Shown here: piece by piece, positions 39,887 through 49,640 of the stretch
How the letters are laid out: each line of letters starts with the position of its first letter
Position numbering within the stretch: position 1 is the stretch's first letter
Assembly: GCA_029259155.1 (NCBI GenBank)
Contig: JAPDJI010000001.1
Location: forward strand, 1-64,000
DNA: 64,000 nt
Reading direction: 5' to 3'
Source: Candidatus Methanomethylicia archaeon
GTDB lineage: Archaea; Thermoproteota; Methanomethylicia; Nezhaarchaeales; B40-G2
Translations under genes and position numbers: made by a program
Notes under the pieces: model-generated
Told to the model about the DNA's origin: nothing
What the model saw: the letters and a program-made list of their open reading frames with translations, nothing else
Databases searched by the model: none

Positions 39887-40351
39887 TTGAAGCGTATTAA
39901 GCTAGATCACGTAGCTATCCTCGTAAAGAACTTTGACGAAGCGCTAAGCTGCTTTAAAAAGCTCTTAGAGCTGAGCGATGACGACGTCATCATTGCTAGG
40001 GGGCTGGAGGATGGAGAGGACGTGGTGGATGCAGCCTTCCTCGAACTAGGCGGGGCTTACATAGAGATATTTTCACCAGCAAAGCCCGATGGAGCCATGA
40101 GCAAGGCATTAGAGGAGCGAGGAGAAGGGCTACATCATATATGTTTCTCAACCACCGACCTAGAATCAGAGCTGGAAAGAGTTAAGGGACTAGGTTTAAC
40201 GTTGATAGACGAGAAACCGAGGGTGGATAAATTTGGCGTCAAGTACTTCTATATACATCCACGAGCTACGTATAGAACCCTGGTATGCTTCATCCAGGCA
40301 TGGAGAAGAACAGGCCCAAATTCATGGGAAGCTGAAACTAGAGCTAAATAA
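39887..40351 (+). CDS. VOC-family protein, methylmalonyl-CoA epimerase-like
   Basis: LDHVAILV, IEIFSP, RGEGLHHICF, FYIHP. Start uncertain (TTG 39887 or ATG 39851). Confidence 0.8.
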   Translation: MKRIKLDHVAILVKNFDEALSCFKKLLELSDDDVIIARGLEDGEDVVDAAFLELGGAYIEIFSPAKPDGAMSKALEERGEGLHHICFSTTDLESELERVKGLGLTLIDEKPRVDKFGVKYFYIHPRATYRTLVCFIQAWRRTGPNSWEAETRAK

Positions 40352-40384
40352 CTGCCTCTGCCAGGTACCTTTAGGGAGCTTGAC

Positions 40385-41071
40385 ATGGCATTAAAGGATC
40401 TACTGGGCGTAGGTGAGGAAGCCTCTCCAGAACAGCTGGCTTCAAAGATACCTCAACACCTAAATGACCTTCTTAGAAAATATGGTGAACTGACAAGGGA
40501 AGAGAAGATAGCTATAGGTCGGAGTATCCCACTGCTTTACCCAAACCTATCTCAAGCTCCACCAGAGCTTCAAAGCTTAGAGTATGTAGGAGCCTATAGC
40601 GAAGGCCTCGTTGTGAGGGGTGGAAGCTACGGTAACTGGGCTCTCTACAGAGCTAGAAGACCTATAGTGCTTGGAGGGCGTTTTGGCTACGGTGCTCTTG
40701 GCGAGTCAGAGGAGGCGGTAGTGCTTGGAGGTTTCTTCACTACGTCAGCTTTCTGGGCTGCTAAAAAACCAATAGTGGTCGGAGGCCAGCTTGGCCAAGA
40801 CGCCTTCCTAAGAGCAGAGGGGGTGAAATGCTACGTAAACACTATAGGATCTCTATGTGAAACCCTTAGCGGAGTAATAGTTGCTAAGAAGCTTGGCAGC
40901 GTAGTGGCCCCAGCCTCAACCCTAACCATATACTGTGTAGAGGTAGACCATGGAAGTGAACACTGTATTAAGATAAACGAGGAGGACTTTGACGACCAGC
41001 TCACTCTCGATGGGCTGGAGAAGGCCTTAGAAAAGCTTAAACTTAAGTATGGTAACCAGTGCCGAAGGTAG
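40385..41071 (+). CDS. Hypothetical protein with internal (V/I)VxGG repeats
   Basis: Four ~20-aa units: LVVRGG, IVLGG, VVLGG, IVVGG. Confidence 0.65.
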   Translation: MALKDLLGVGEEASPEQLASKIPQHLNDLLRKYGELTREEKIAIGRSIPLLYPNLSQAPPELQSLEYVGAYSEGLVVRGGSYGNWALYRARRPIVLGGRFGYGALGESEEAVVLGGFFTTSAFWAAKKPIVVGGQLGQDAFLRAEGVKCYVNTIGSLCETLSGVIVAKKLGSVVAPASTLTIYCVEVDHGSEHCIKINEEDFDDQLTLDGLEKALEKLKLKYGNQCRR

Positions 41072-41579
41072 TGGAGGCTACGCCTTGGAGTACCTAGAGA
41101 TCAAGGCTGAACCCAATAAGACTAAGAGGATAAAAGTTGAATGCGGAGAGTATGAAGTCATCCTTGAGGTTAAGCCTAAAACTACACCTAAACCTCTCGA
41201 AGGAAAACTGGCCCTCGTCTTAGATCAAACCCATAAAGGCTACAGTCAAACCCTCGAAAGGTACACACCTAGCGGAGTCGAAATCCATGAAATAGCAGGT
41301 ATAGGCTTAACCGAGACCGTAAAGGTAGGGGAACGGACCTATAGACATCCAGCTGTCGACGACTACGACGTTCTAAGAGTCATAGAGAGCTTAACCAAAC
41401 GCTTCCCTGTAACGATTTTCGTCACTGGAGACAAAACCCTCAGTGAAGAAGCCAAGCTCTTAAGGACAGCTAAAGGTCTAAACGTCGAAGTCCGCTACAT
41501 GCCGCCCTCCGACTACATGGGAAAGGAAGCTATCATACAGGCCATCATAGACACCATTAAGCAGATACTTGAAGCCTAA
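41049..41579 (+). CDS. Hypothetical protein with a PIN-like C-terminal domain
   Basis: LVLDQ...DDYDVL...IFVTGDKTL acidic pattern; overlaps the upstream gene. Confidence 0.55.
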   Translation: MVTSAEGSGGYALEYLEIKAEPNKTKRIKVECGEYEVILEVKPKTTPKPLEGKLALVLDQTHKGYSQTLERYTPSGVEIHEIAGIGLTETVKVGERTYRHPAVDDYDVLRVIESLTKRFPVTIFVTGDKTLSEEAKLLRTAKGLNVEVRYMPPSDYMGKEAIIQAIIDTIKQILEA

Positions 41580-41640
41580 ACGGCCAACCAAGCCGCAATG
41601 GAGTAATCATTTAAAACCCCCTCTCTATAACACAGCCCGG

Positions 41641-41713
41641 AGCCGGGTGGTGTAGCGGCCAAGCATCACGGGCTTTGGCCCCGTGGACGGCGGTTCAAAT
41701 CCGCCCCCGGCTA
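41641..41713 (+). tRNA. tRNA-Gln(UUG), intronless, CCA not encoded
   Basis: Acceptor stem AGCCGGG/CCCGGCT (A1-U72), anticodon arm ACGGG-CTTTGGC-CCCGT, T arm GGCGG-TTCAAAT-CCGCC; TTTAAA TATA box at ~41610. Confidence 0.95.
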
Positions 41714-41895
41714 TAATTGAATAACTAAAGTTTTGCTCTGATTTTGACCCTTGGCCCTTCGTTAGGGATTAAAAATTTTGGATGAACTCATGTAAATCTT
41801 CCATCAGTTTTCCTACTCAATCATACTAAGGTAGACTTGCATGGCGAATAGTCTTTATTAAGGGGGTTTGCTTTATCTGGGGCGCTGCTGGAGGT

Positions 41896-44217
41896 ATGGA
41901 GGGCTCCGAGGCCTCAGGTTACCATGACCGTTTCGTATGGATTTTAGATAGACTACGTGGGTTCAGAGGACCCTTCGTCTTAGCTGGGCTGCGCATGTAC
42001 CTTATGGGTCTTGAAAACGGAGGTTTTGAAGGCAGGTGGAATGGTGTATGGAACCTCCCGATAAAGGTGGCTGACTCTATAGACTTTGGCGTTAGCTTAA
42101 ATGGCGAGAGGATTCTGTGGCTGAAAGATCATTGTGTCAGGTGTGAGGCTCATGTATCACACGCTGAAAGGGTCTATGTTCTCCCTAACGGTTTAACGAT
42201 TAGGGAGAAGGTGTTTATACCAGACGTATACCGAGCGGTATGTTGGCTTTTCAGGTTTGAAGGGGTTAGAAATCTAGGCCTAAAGTTCATTGTTAGGCCT
42301 GTCATCAACCTCATGTGGGAGGTTAGGCAGGCTGGTGAACCGTGGCGTGAGAAAAGGATGCTGGCTGTCTATGACCGTGCCAGGAGAGCTTTGATATTTA
42401 GACATCACATGAGGCCTGAGTGGTTAGCTATCTTTGGAGGAAGCCTTGAACCTAGCGTGGTGAGCGTAGGACATCAAGAAGGTGTAGGGCTTCCAAGAGA
42501 GAATAGAATTCCAGGTCCTCGTGAACACATCTACGGCGAAGCGCTGATGGTTTACGACCTTCGCTTAGGCGATGAAGACTCATTGGAGCTCTCCTTCGTG
42601 CTTGTCGGAGGAGTAGCCTCCTTGATCTTTCTCCTAAGAGAGTATGACGAAGCAGCGAAGGGGGTTCAAGAACTTTTTGAGAGGAGCCGGAAGAGCGTAA
42701 TGGACTATCTGCTTAACACCGTCGATCTCTCTGTGGGGCATGCAGCTATCGATAAGGCTTTCACCTGGTCGAAAGTAAACTTACACCTCCTCAAGCATTA
42801 TCAGAGAGGCTATGGCTTGGGCTTTATGGCAGGCCTTCCTCACTTCCCAATCTACTTCGGTAGAGATACGGTGTGGACTCTTTTCGGCATAAATGCTATA
42901 GGTGACTTTGAGGCCTCTAAAGGATCTCTAAGTCTTCTTGCTAGGTTTCAGGCTAAGGAGGATGGCGAGGATCAACTCATGGTCCCCTACTATAAAGGGG
43001 AAGTACCTCATGAAGTGAGGACCGATGGCACGGTAATATACTACAGCATAGACTCCACTCCTCTCTTCGTAGTAGGGGTTTACGACTACTACTTATGGTC
43101 TGGTGACGAAGTCTTCCTAAGGTACATCTACGACAATGTCCATAAGGCGCTTGCCTGGTGTTTCGAGTCTGATAGGGATGGAGATGGCCTCGTAGATCAT
43201 GGACCTGAAGGCTTCCTACCCGATGTTACTTGGATGGACTCTACGTTTAGAGGTAAATCGGCTATTGACGTCCAAGCCATCTTCGCTTATGCTTTCAAGT
43301 GTGGAGCTGAGATCGCTAAAGTGGTCGGAGACGTGGACATGGAGAAGGTGGCTTATCGTAAATATGAGGAGCTAAAGGACCTCCTCATTAAACACTACTG
43401 GGATGAAGAGCGAGACTTTTTCTATGATGCCATCAAGCCTGACGGAGAGCCCAGCGCTGACATGACCGTTAACGCCGTGGTTCCGCTTCTCTTCAACCTT
43501 GTGGAGGAAGAGAAGGCTGACAAAGTGCTCTGTAAGCTTGAAAGCCCTGATTTCATGACTGACTGGGGTGTCAGGACGAGGGCTAAGAGCGATCCTGAGT
43601 ATGATGGTAGAAGTTACCAAAAAGGTGGGGTTTGGCCCTTCACCACGGGTTGGGTGGCGCTCGCTCAATTCAGGTATGGTAGGCTTAGTGAAGGCTACGA
43701 CATAATCTTGAGGATGGCTGAGGCTCAGCACTTCATTCCAGCTTACTTCAGAGAGGTGCTGCCTGGCGATGGATCGATCAAAGAGGCGTTGTCCCAGCAC
43801 CCACTTGGATGCTTTATTCAGGCCTGGTCTGCAGGTATTTATCTGTACTCTCTTATTACCGGATTAATGGAAGTAGAGCCTAGAGCCCACCTCGCCGAAG
43901 CTACGGTCTGTCCTTACATGCACAGCTTGTCAATACAGCTCTACCTCGACAAGCTGCGAGTGGGTTCAAGCATGCTTGACTTAAAACTGAAGCGTAACGG
44001 AAGGATGGTAGAAGCAAAGTTACATGTTGAAGGCCGAGACCTTGACCTTAACTTAGGATTCAGGTCGAAGGGATCGAGCATGGACTGCGATGTCAAGCTA
44101 GACGGCTCCGACGTGGAGAGCTATATCCAGCCGGTAGGCAAGGAGTGCTTCAAGGTGCTAGCTCGAGTTAAGGTGAAGGAAGGTCAAACAGTTAAACTGA
44201 CCTATAGACTGAAATGA
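41896..44217 (+). CDS. Amylo-alpha-1,6-glucosidase / glycogen debranching-like (alpha/alpha)6 glycosidase (GH133-like)
   Basis: AGLPHF..YFGRD, GEVPHE, YYSIDSTPLF, TWMDS, WGVRT, SYQKGGVWP, C.IQAWS. Confidence 0.82.
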   Translation: MEGSEASGYHDRFVWILDRLRGFRGPFVLAGLRMYLMGLENGGFEGRWNGVWNLPIKVADSIDFGVSLNGERILWLKDHCVRCEAHVSHAERVYVLPNGLTIREKVFIPDVYRAVCWLFRFEGVRNLGLKFIVRPVINLMWEVRQAGEPWREKRMLAVYDRARRALIFRHHMRPEWLAIFGGSLEPSVVSVGHQEGVGLPRENRIPGPREHIYGEALMVYDLRLGDEDSLELSFVLVGGVASLIFLLREYDEAAKGVQELFERSRKSVMDYLLNTVDLSVGHAAIDKAFTWSKVNLHLLKHYQRGYGLGFMAGLPHFPIYFGRDTVWTLFGINAIGDFEASKGSLSLLARFQAKEDGEDQLMVPYYKGEVPHEVRTDGTVIYYSIDSTPLFVVGVYDYYLWSGDEVFLRYIYDNVHKALAWCFESDRDGDGLVDHGPEGFLPDVTWMDSTFRGKSAIDVQAIFAYAFKCGAEIAKVVGDVDMEKVAYRKYEELKDLLIKHYWDEERDFFYDAIKPDGEPSADMTVNAVVPLLFNLVEEEKADKVLCKLESPDFMTDWGVRTRAKSDPEYDGRSYQKGGVWPFTTGWVALAQFRYGRLSEGYDIILRMAEAQHFIPAYFREVLPGDGSIKEALSQHPLGCFIQAWSAGIYLYSLITGLMEVEPRAHLAEATVCPYMHSLSIQLYLDKLRVGSSMLDLKLKRNGRMVEAKLHVEGRDLDLNLGFRSKGSSMDCDVKLDGSDVESYIQPVGKECFKVLARVKVKEGQTVKLTYRLK

Positions 44218-44343
44218 CTCTTTGTTCATGAAGAGTTGGCTTCACGTCATTCATGTAACGAGCGCGCTACCGAAAGAAAAATTAACCCCCTTTACGGCGC
44301 CCCCTCCCCCTTATATATAATAATATTAAGTGGGGGGTTCAGC

Positions 44344-45438
44344 GTGGAGGCCCTAAACATCGGTTTACTAAGCACCTGCGTGTTAACTACTCCACCTGGA
44401 GGCTATGGGGGCACTGAAGCAGCGGTTGCTGACTTGGCAGTAGCTTTAGCGAAGCAGGGCCATAGAGTAACGGTGTATGGGGCTGAAGGTTCGAGAAAGC
44501 TCATGGCAGAGCACGTCGATGACCCTGATTTGATCGACGTGGTCGAGTGGTGCCCTCTTATCGAGGACTGGGTCGGGTCAGAAGCTTCGGTGAGGGTTAA
44601 GGAGGCTGAATATGTGAGTTTTGAGGAGTTTAAGGAACTAATAAGCATGCACGACGTAGTTAACGATCATACTTGGTTTAAGCCAGGATTAAAGCTTAGA
44701 GCTGAAGGCAAGGCTGCCTGTGCTACCTGTCACGGCTTCCACGTGGAACTCCCTGATATAAATGTGGATAAGAAATGTATTATAGGCGTGTCCAAGTGGC
44801 ATGCCAACTACTTGTCACATACCCTCAACTTGAAGGCTGAGTGGGCCTACAACCCAGTTGACATCAGCAAGTATGAGGTTGAGAAGAACAAGGAAGATTT
44901 CATACTGTTCTTAGCTAGAATTTCACCCGAGAAGGGGGCCATGGAGTTCGTGGAGATCTGTAGGGAGCTTGGCGTTAAGGGTGTGGTAGCAGGGTCGATC
45001 TCGGTGGTGTCAGATAAAGACTATGTCAGGAGGGTTAAGGAGCTCTGTGAAGGTAGCCAGGGGCTGGTGAGGTTTATTGGTGAAGTAGACTTTAACGGTA
45101 AGGTTAACCTGCTCAAGAGAGCTAAGGCCCTGGTTATACCGTTGTCTCCTAGGTACTGGGAGGTCTTCGGAATAGTGTTCATTGAGGCTATGGCCTGTGG
45201 AACTCCTGTAATAACTACGGATAGAGGTGCCCCCAGAGAACTCATTATTCAGAGTAAGACAGGTTACGTATGCAGCGATCTAGAGGAGCTAAAAGGAGTG
45301 GTGGCTAGATTGATGAGGGGCGACCTGGTATTTGACTCTGACGACTGCAGGAGGAGAGCTGAAGAGTTTGATAGGATGAATGTAGTTAAAAGATACGTGG
45401 AGCTTTATAGAAGAGTTTTGAGCGGTGACGCTTGGTAA
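44344..45438 (+). CDS. GT4 glycosyltransferase
   Basis: PPGGYGGTE, ARISPEKG, EVFGIVFIEAMACGTPVI. Start placed at GTG 44344. Confidence 0.88.
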   Translation: MEALNIGLLSTCVLTTPPGGYGGTEAAVADLAVALAKQGHRVTVYGAEGSRKLMAEHVDDPDLIDVVEWCPLIEDWVGSEASVRVKEAEYVSFEEFKELISMHDVVNDHTWFKPGLKLRAEGKAACATCHGFHVELPDINVDKKCIIGVSKWHANYLSHTLNLKAEWAYNPVDISKYEVEKNKEDFILFLARISPEKGAMEFVEICRELGVKGVVAGSISVVSDKDYVRRVKELCEGSQGLVRFIGEVDFNGKVNLLKRAKALVIPLSPRYWEVFGIVFIEAMACGTPVITTDRGAPRELIIQSKTGYVCSDLEELKGVVARLMRGDLVFDSDDCRRRAEEFDRMNVVKRYVELYRRVLSGDAW

Positions 45439-45686
45439 ATAGGCTATCTAAACAAGGTAAATGTAAGGTCAAAGGGTTAAGACACTACTATCATTATTTA
45501 GTTTTTTAATTCTTCTGCTTTTCTCTTCTATCGGTGGACTAATGAGTTCTTTGACCGTCTTTTTCAAGGCTTCTAGCAATTAAGCCCTAAGTCTATGCTT
45601 AAACCTCCTTACCGCTATGTAGCCGTGGGAACCTAACATCCTTTAATTCGTGAGACTTTTTAGGCTGAAGGACCTCTAGGCTAAGC

Positions 45687-47084
45687 GTGATCCTCGAAGA
45701 GGTCCTCTCAAAGCTAATTGACCATGCTTTGAAGGCTGGAGCCTCCTATGCCGATGCTAGGGCAAGGAGAGTAGAGGGAACCAGAGTAGAGGTAGTGGAT
45801 GGTGGTTTAAGGGAGGTTCGCTGCGGGCTAGAGGAAGGTTTTAACGTTAGAGTCTTGGTTGAAGGTACGTGGGGCTTTGCTTCCTCCTCTTTTGTCAGCC
45901 CTGAGGAAAGCCTAAGGTTGGTCAAAAAGGCTATCAGTGCAGCTAAGGCTCTGGCTGGAAGAGTGAAGCAACGAGCGGAGGTTTACCCTCAGTCTACGTT
46001 GAGGAGTAAGGCGAGGGTTAAGGTGAAAGTTCCTCTAAACTCCGTGGACTTGGAAGAGAAGGTTGAATTAGCCTTTAAACTGAATAAGGAGTCTTTGAGC
46101 TTAGATGAGAAGGTGAAGAGCGCCACCACTGTATATAGTGATGCTGTGGAGGCGAGGGCTGTTTACACTTCTCATGGCAGATACGTAGAGGTGGAGACTA
46201 GCTACCTATACTTATCATCTCTTGCCTACGCCTTTGAGGCTGGGTTGAGGCAGAGAGGCTTTAAGGTTCATGGCGGTGTCGGGGGCTTTGAGCTGACTCG
46301 GAGCACAGAGGCTTTAGAGTTGGGGGTTGAGGCTGCATCCATGGCTCTACGTCTCCTTAAAGCTCCTCCTTCGCCCTCAGGTAGGTTTACCTGTGTACTT
46401 GACCCTGAAATTGCGGGTACGTTTATCCATGAGGCTTTCGGCCATGCTTGTGAAGCTGATCTTGTTCTGAGCAACTCCTCTATCCTTGAGGGAAAGCTGG
46501 GTACTAGAGTAGGTAGTGAGGAGGTGACGGTGGTAGATGATCCGATGCTTGAAGGACTTTACGGCTGGTATCCCTTCGACGATGAAGCTTCTGAGGGTAG
46601 GAGGACGGTGATCGTGGAGGAAGGCATACTTAAGAGTTTTCTGCACAGCCTCGAGACGGCTATTTCACTTAGAGCTAAGCCTACCGGCAACGCGAGGGCG
46701 CAGGGATACAGTAGTAGGCCCATAGTACGCATGACCAATACCTTCATAGCCCCAGGTACCTGGAAACCTGAAGAACTATTAGGAGAGACGAAGACGGGCC
46801 TCTACGTTAAAGGCAGTAACTATGGCTACGTGGACACGGCTAAAGGCTTGTTCTCCTTTAAATGTAAGGAAGCCTACCTCCTAGAGAACGGTGAGCCTTC
46901 CAAGCTCCTTAGAGACGTGGCTCTCTCAGGCTTAACTCTAGAAGTGTTAATAAATGTGGATGGTGTAGCCAACGATCTTAAATTCAACCCAGGCATATGC
47001 GGTAAAGAAGGGCAATACGTGCCTGTCACTGACGGTTCTCCTCACATAAGGGTGAAAGGAGTGCTAGTAGGAGGAGGTTCTTGA
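45687..47084 (+). CDS. tldD: TldD metalloprotease
   Basis: FIHEAFGHACEAD (HExxxH), FDDE, TGNAR, PIVRMTNT, CGK.GQ.VPV..G.PH. Confidence 0.9.
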   Translation: MILEEVLSKLIDHALKAGASYADARARRVEGTRVEVVDGGLREVRCGLEEGFNVRVLVEGTWGFASSSFVSPEESLRLVKKAISAAKALAGRVKQRAEVYPQSTLRSKARVKVKVPLNSVDLEEKVELAFKLNKESLSLDEKVKSATTVYSDAVEARAVYTSHGRYVEVETSYLYLSSLAYAFEAGLRQRGFKVHGGVGGFELTRSTEALELGVEAASMALRLLKAPPSPSGRFTCVLDPEIAGTFIHEAFGHACEADLVLSNSSILEGKLGTRVGSEEVTVVDDPMLEGLYGWYPFDDEASEGRRTVIVEEGILKSFLHSLETAISLRAKPTGNARAQGYSSRPIVRMTNTFIAPGTWKPEELLGETKTGLYVKGSNYGYVDTAKGLFSFKCKEAYLLENGEPSKLLRDVALSGLTLEVLINVDGVANDLKFNPGICGKEGQYVPVTDGSPHIRVKGVLVGGGS

Positions 47085-48439
47085 TGGAGCTGAACGCCGA
47101 GCTACCTCGCTTAGCGGTGGAGCAGGCCTTAAAAATGGGCGTTGAGCAGGCAGAAGCTTTCGCTACGGTAGCTCGGCGTGTGTCGGTAAACGCTGAAAAA
47201 TGGGATATTAAACAAGCCACAGTTTCCTTCACGGGCGGTTTAGCAGTTAGAGTAATTAAGCAACGACGTCTAGGGGCTAGCTACACCAGCAAGTTAACTC
47301 CTCAAAGCACTTATGAAGCGGTAAAGAAGGCTGTGAAGCAGGCTTCAATAAGCTTCCTTGAGGATGTTCGCTTACAAGGCCTACCTGGGCCATCCAAACC
47401 TACTGAGGTGGAGGGTATATGGGATCCTGGGCTTGCCGACCTTGAACCTGAAGACGCAGTTCGCTTCGTTTCCGAGAGCTTAGAAGCCTCCAGAATAGAT
47501 CCCCGCCTATCTTCCATAAACATCTCATTTTCCTCCGTGTCTAGAACCGTAGCTATAGCGAACTCGCTGGGTGTTGAAGGAGAGTTTAAGGATTCATGGG
47601 CTAGGATAGATGTGGAGGCAGTAGCTAAGGATGGAGTAGAACAGGCCTCAGGCTACTGTCCTGGCTGGCGTAGGAGGTTAAAGGAACTTAAAGGATGGAT
47701 GTTTGCTCAGGAAGCTGCTAGGGAGGCTTTGATGGGTCTTGGAGCTAGGAAGGTCAAGACTCAAGACCTGCCAGTCATACTGAGCGGTTTAGCACTACAC
47801 GCTACGATTTCTTCGATAAGCTATGCTCTCGACGCCGAGCTAGTGCAGCGAGGAAGATCCTTTATTTCAAACCTACTAGGTGTTAAAGCGGCGTCTCCTC
47901 TATTAACCATAATCGACGACGCCACTACGCCTGGAGGGGTCAGGAGCAGACCTTTCGATGCTGAAGGGTCTCCCTCGAAGAAGGTGGTGTTGGTAGAGTC
48001 AGGAGTGATCAAGTCTTGTTTACATAACTACTACACGGCCTCTTATGAAGGAGTAGAGAGTACAGGACATGCTGCTAGAAATGGAGGTTTCAGCTACAAT
48101 GGTAGGGTGGGAGTGGCGCCCACTAACCTTTTCGTTAAACCTAGCGGTAAGGGGGGAGCTGAAGACCTAGCGAGCGAAGCTGGCAGAGCGCTGTTGATGA
48201 AGACAACCTTCGATAAACCTAACTTGGCAACCGGTGATTTCTCAGCTGTGGTTGTCAGTGGCTTCATGGTTGAGGAGGGCTCCGTAACTTATCCTGTTAA
48301 ACAGGCGGTGGTACATTTCAACCTTTCAGACCTCATGAGAAACATCGATGCTGTAGGGGGTTCCCTGGAGGAAATATTAGATCTACGGTCTCCTCCTATC
48401 TTGGTCTCAAGAGCTAGAATCGCGGGATCAGCTATTTAG
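47081..48439 (+). CDS. pmbA: TldE/PmbA partner subunit
   Basis: SRPFDAEG, STGHA, PTNL, TGDFS; lacks HExxxH; coupled to tldD. Confidence 0.85.
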   Translation: MMELNAELPRLAVEQALKMGVEQAEAFATVARRVSVNAEKWDIKQATVSFTGGLAVRVIKQRRLGASYTSKLTPQSTYEAVKKAVKQASISFLEDVRLQGLPGPSKPTEVEGIWDPGLADLEPEDAVRFVSESLEASRIDPRLSSINISFSSVSRTVAIANSLGVEGEFKDSWARIDVEAVAKDGVEQASGYCPGWRRRLKELKGWMFAQEAAREALMGLGARKVKTQDLPVILSGLALHATISSISYALDAELVQRGRSFISNLLGVKAASPLLTIIDDATTPGGVRSRPFDAEGSPSKKVVLVESGVIKSCLHNYYTASYEGVESTGHAARNGGFSYNGRVGVAPTNLFVKPSGKGGAEDLASEAGRALLMKTTFDKPNLATGDFSAVVVSGFMVEEGSVTYPVKQAVVHFNLSDLMRNIDAVGGSLEEILDLRSPPILVSRARIAGSAI

Positions 48440-48544
48440 CTCTCTACATCATATTATTCTCCTACTCCATTAATATATAGAGATTAACTTTTTATGAAAG
48501 TTTAAATAAGATCAGTGGAAGACTAAATAATCTGGGAGAAGTTT

Positions 48545-49552
48545 ATGGAGAGTAGAAGGGTTCAACTTGTCGGTGGAGCGACCTACACTGTTTCTTTACC
48601 TAAAGCATGGGCTCAAAGGGCTGGTCTTAAACCTAGCAGCCAGGTATACATGCTTGAACAAAGCGATGGCTCACTTATCATTTATCCTAGTAGGGCTCCT
48701 GTGGGGAAACGTGAGCTAACCATTACCACTACTCCAGGCGAGAAAGCCAGTATACTTTCACGGAAGATTATAGCTGCCTATCTAGATGGCTATGACGTCA
48801 TAAAGATACAGTCAATGGGTAGATTGACCTATGAGCAATTGAAGGAGATAGACGACTTCGTGAAGAGAATGAGCGGCCTGGAAATCATAGAAGAGTCGGC
48901 GGAAGGAGTGACGATAAACGCTCTTGTAAGCATTACCGATTTCCCTGTGGAGCGAGGTTTCCAGAGGGCTCACCTAATAACTTCGCTAATGTTTCAGGAA
49001 ACCATGAATGCCTTAAGGAAAGGTGATGTAGAACTGGCTAAAAGCGTAACCTTGAGGGATGGGGACGTTGACCGCATTTACTTCCTAGTAACTCGTCAAC
49101 TTAGGGCTGCTATCTCCAACCCCAGCACCGCTAAAGCCTTAGGCATGGACTCTTCAGATGCCATAGACTATCTCATAGCTATTAAGCGTATCGAGGATGC
49201 TGCGGATAGCATTGAGAACGTGGCCAACATGATTGAAAGCCTTTACCATAGCAGGGTTGTCATACCTGAGCCTCTCCTTAACGACCTCCTAGACATAGGT
49301 TCAGCCTCCTTCAACGCCTACGAGAAAGGTGTTAAAGCCTTCCTCTCTAAGGACCCCGTAATGGCTGACGAAGCCCTAGACACAAGGGTTTCGGTGGAGC
49401 GCATGCGCTGCAGAGTGGAAGGTAGCTTAGCTGAACAAAACCAGCTACTAGTACTTCATGTAGGTGTCATTCTAATCAACCTCCGCAACATAGCTTACCA
49501 CGGAGGCGACATAGCTGAGGTAGCCATAAACCGAGCTGTGAGGTTAAAGTAG
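48545..49552 (+). CDS. phoU: Archaeal phosphate-uptake regulator (AbrB-like domain plus two PhoU repeats)
   Basis: RRVQLVGGATYTVSLPKAW, D.DVDRIYF, KRIEDAAD, DIAE. Confidence 0.85.
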   Translation: MESRRVQLVGGATYTVSLPKAWAQRAGLKPSSQVYMLEQSDGSLIIYPSRAPVGKRELTITTTPGEKASILSRKIIAAYLDGYDVIKIQSMGRLTYEQLKEIDDFVKRMSGLEIIEESAEGVTINALVSITDFPVERGFQRAHLITSLMFQETMNALRKGDVELAKSVTLRDGDVDRIYFLVTRQLRAAISNPSTAKALGMDSSDAIDYLIAIKRIEDAADSIENVANMIESLYHSRVVIPEPLLNDLLDIGSASFNAYEKGVKAFLSKDPVMADEALDTRVSVERMRCRVEGSLAEQNQLLVLHVGVILINLRNIAYHGGDIAEVAINRAVRLK

Positions 49553-49640
49553 CTTCCTCTCCACCCTTCTTTAGCTTCTCATAGAAAAACTTAAGATTAC
49601 TTCAGAGCGATCTTTCTATCCCCAGGAAAAGGGAAAAGCC

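Noticed and set aside
41641-45438. Element integrated at tRNA-Gln
   Set aside because: No integrase gene, and I found no duplicated tRNA end within the window.
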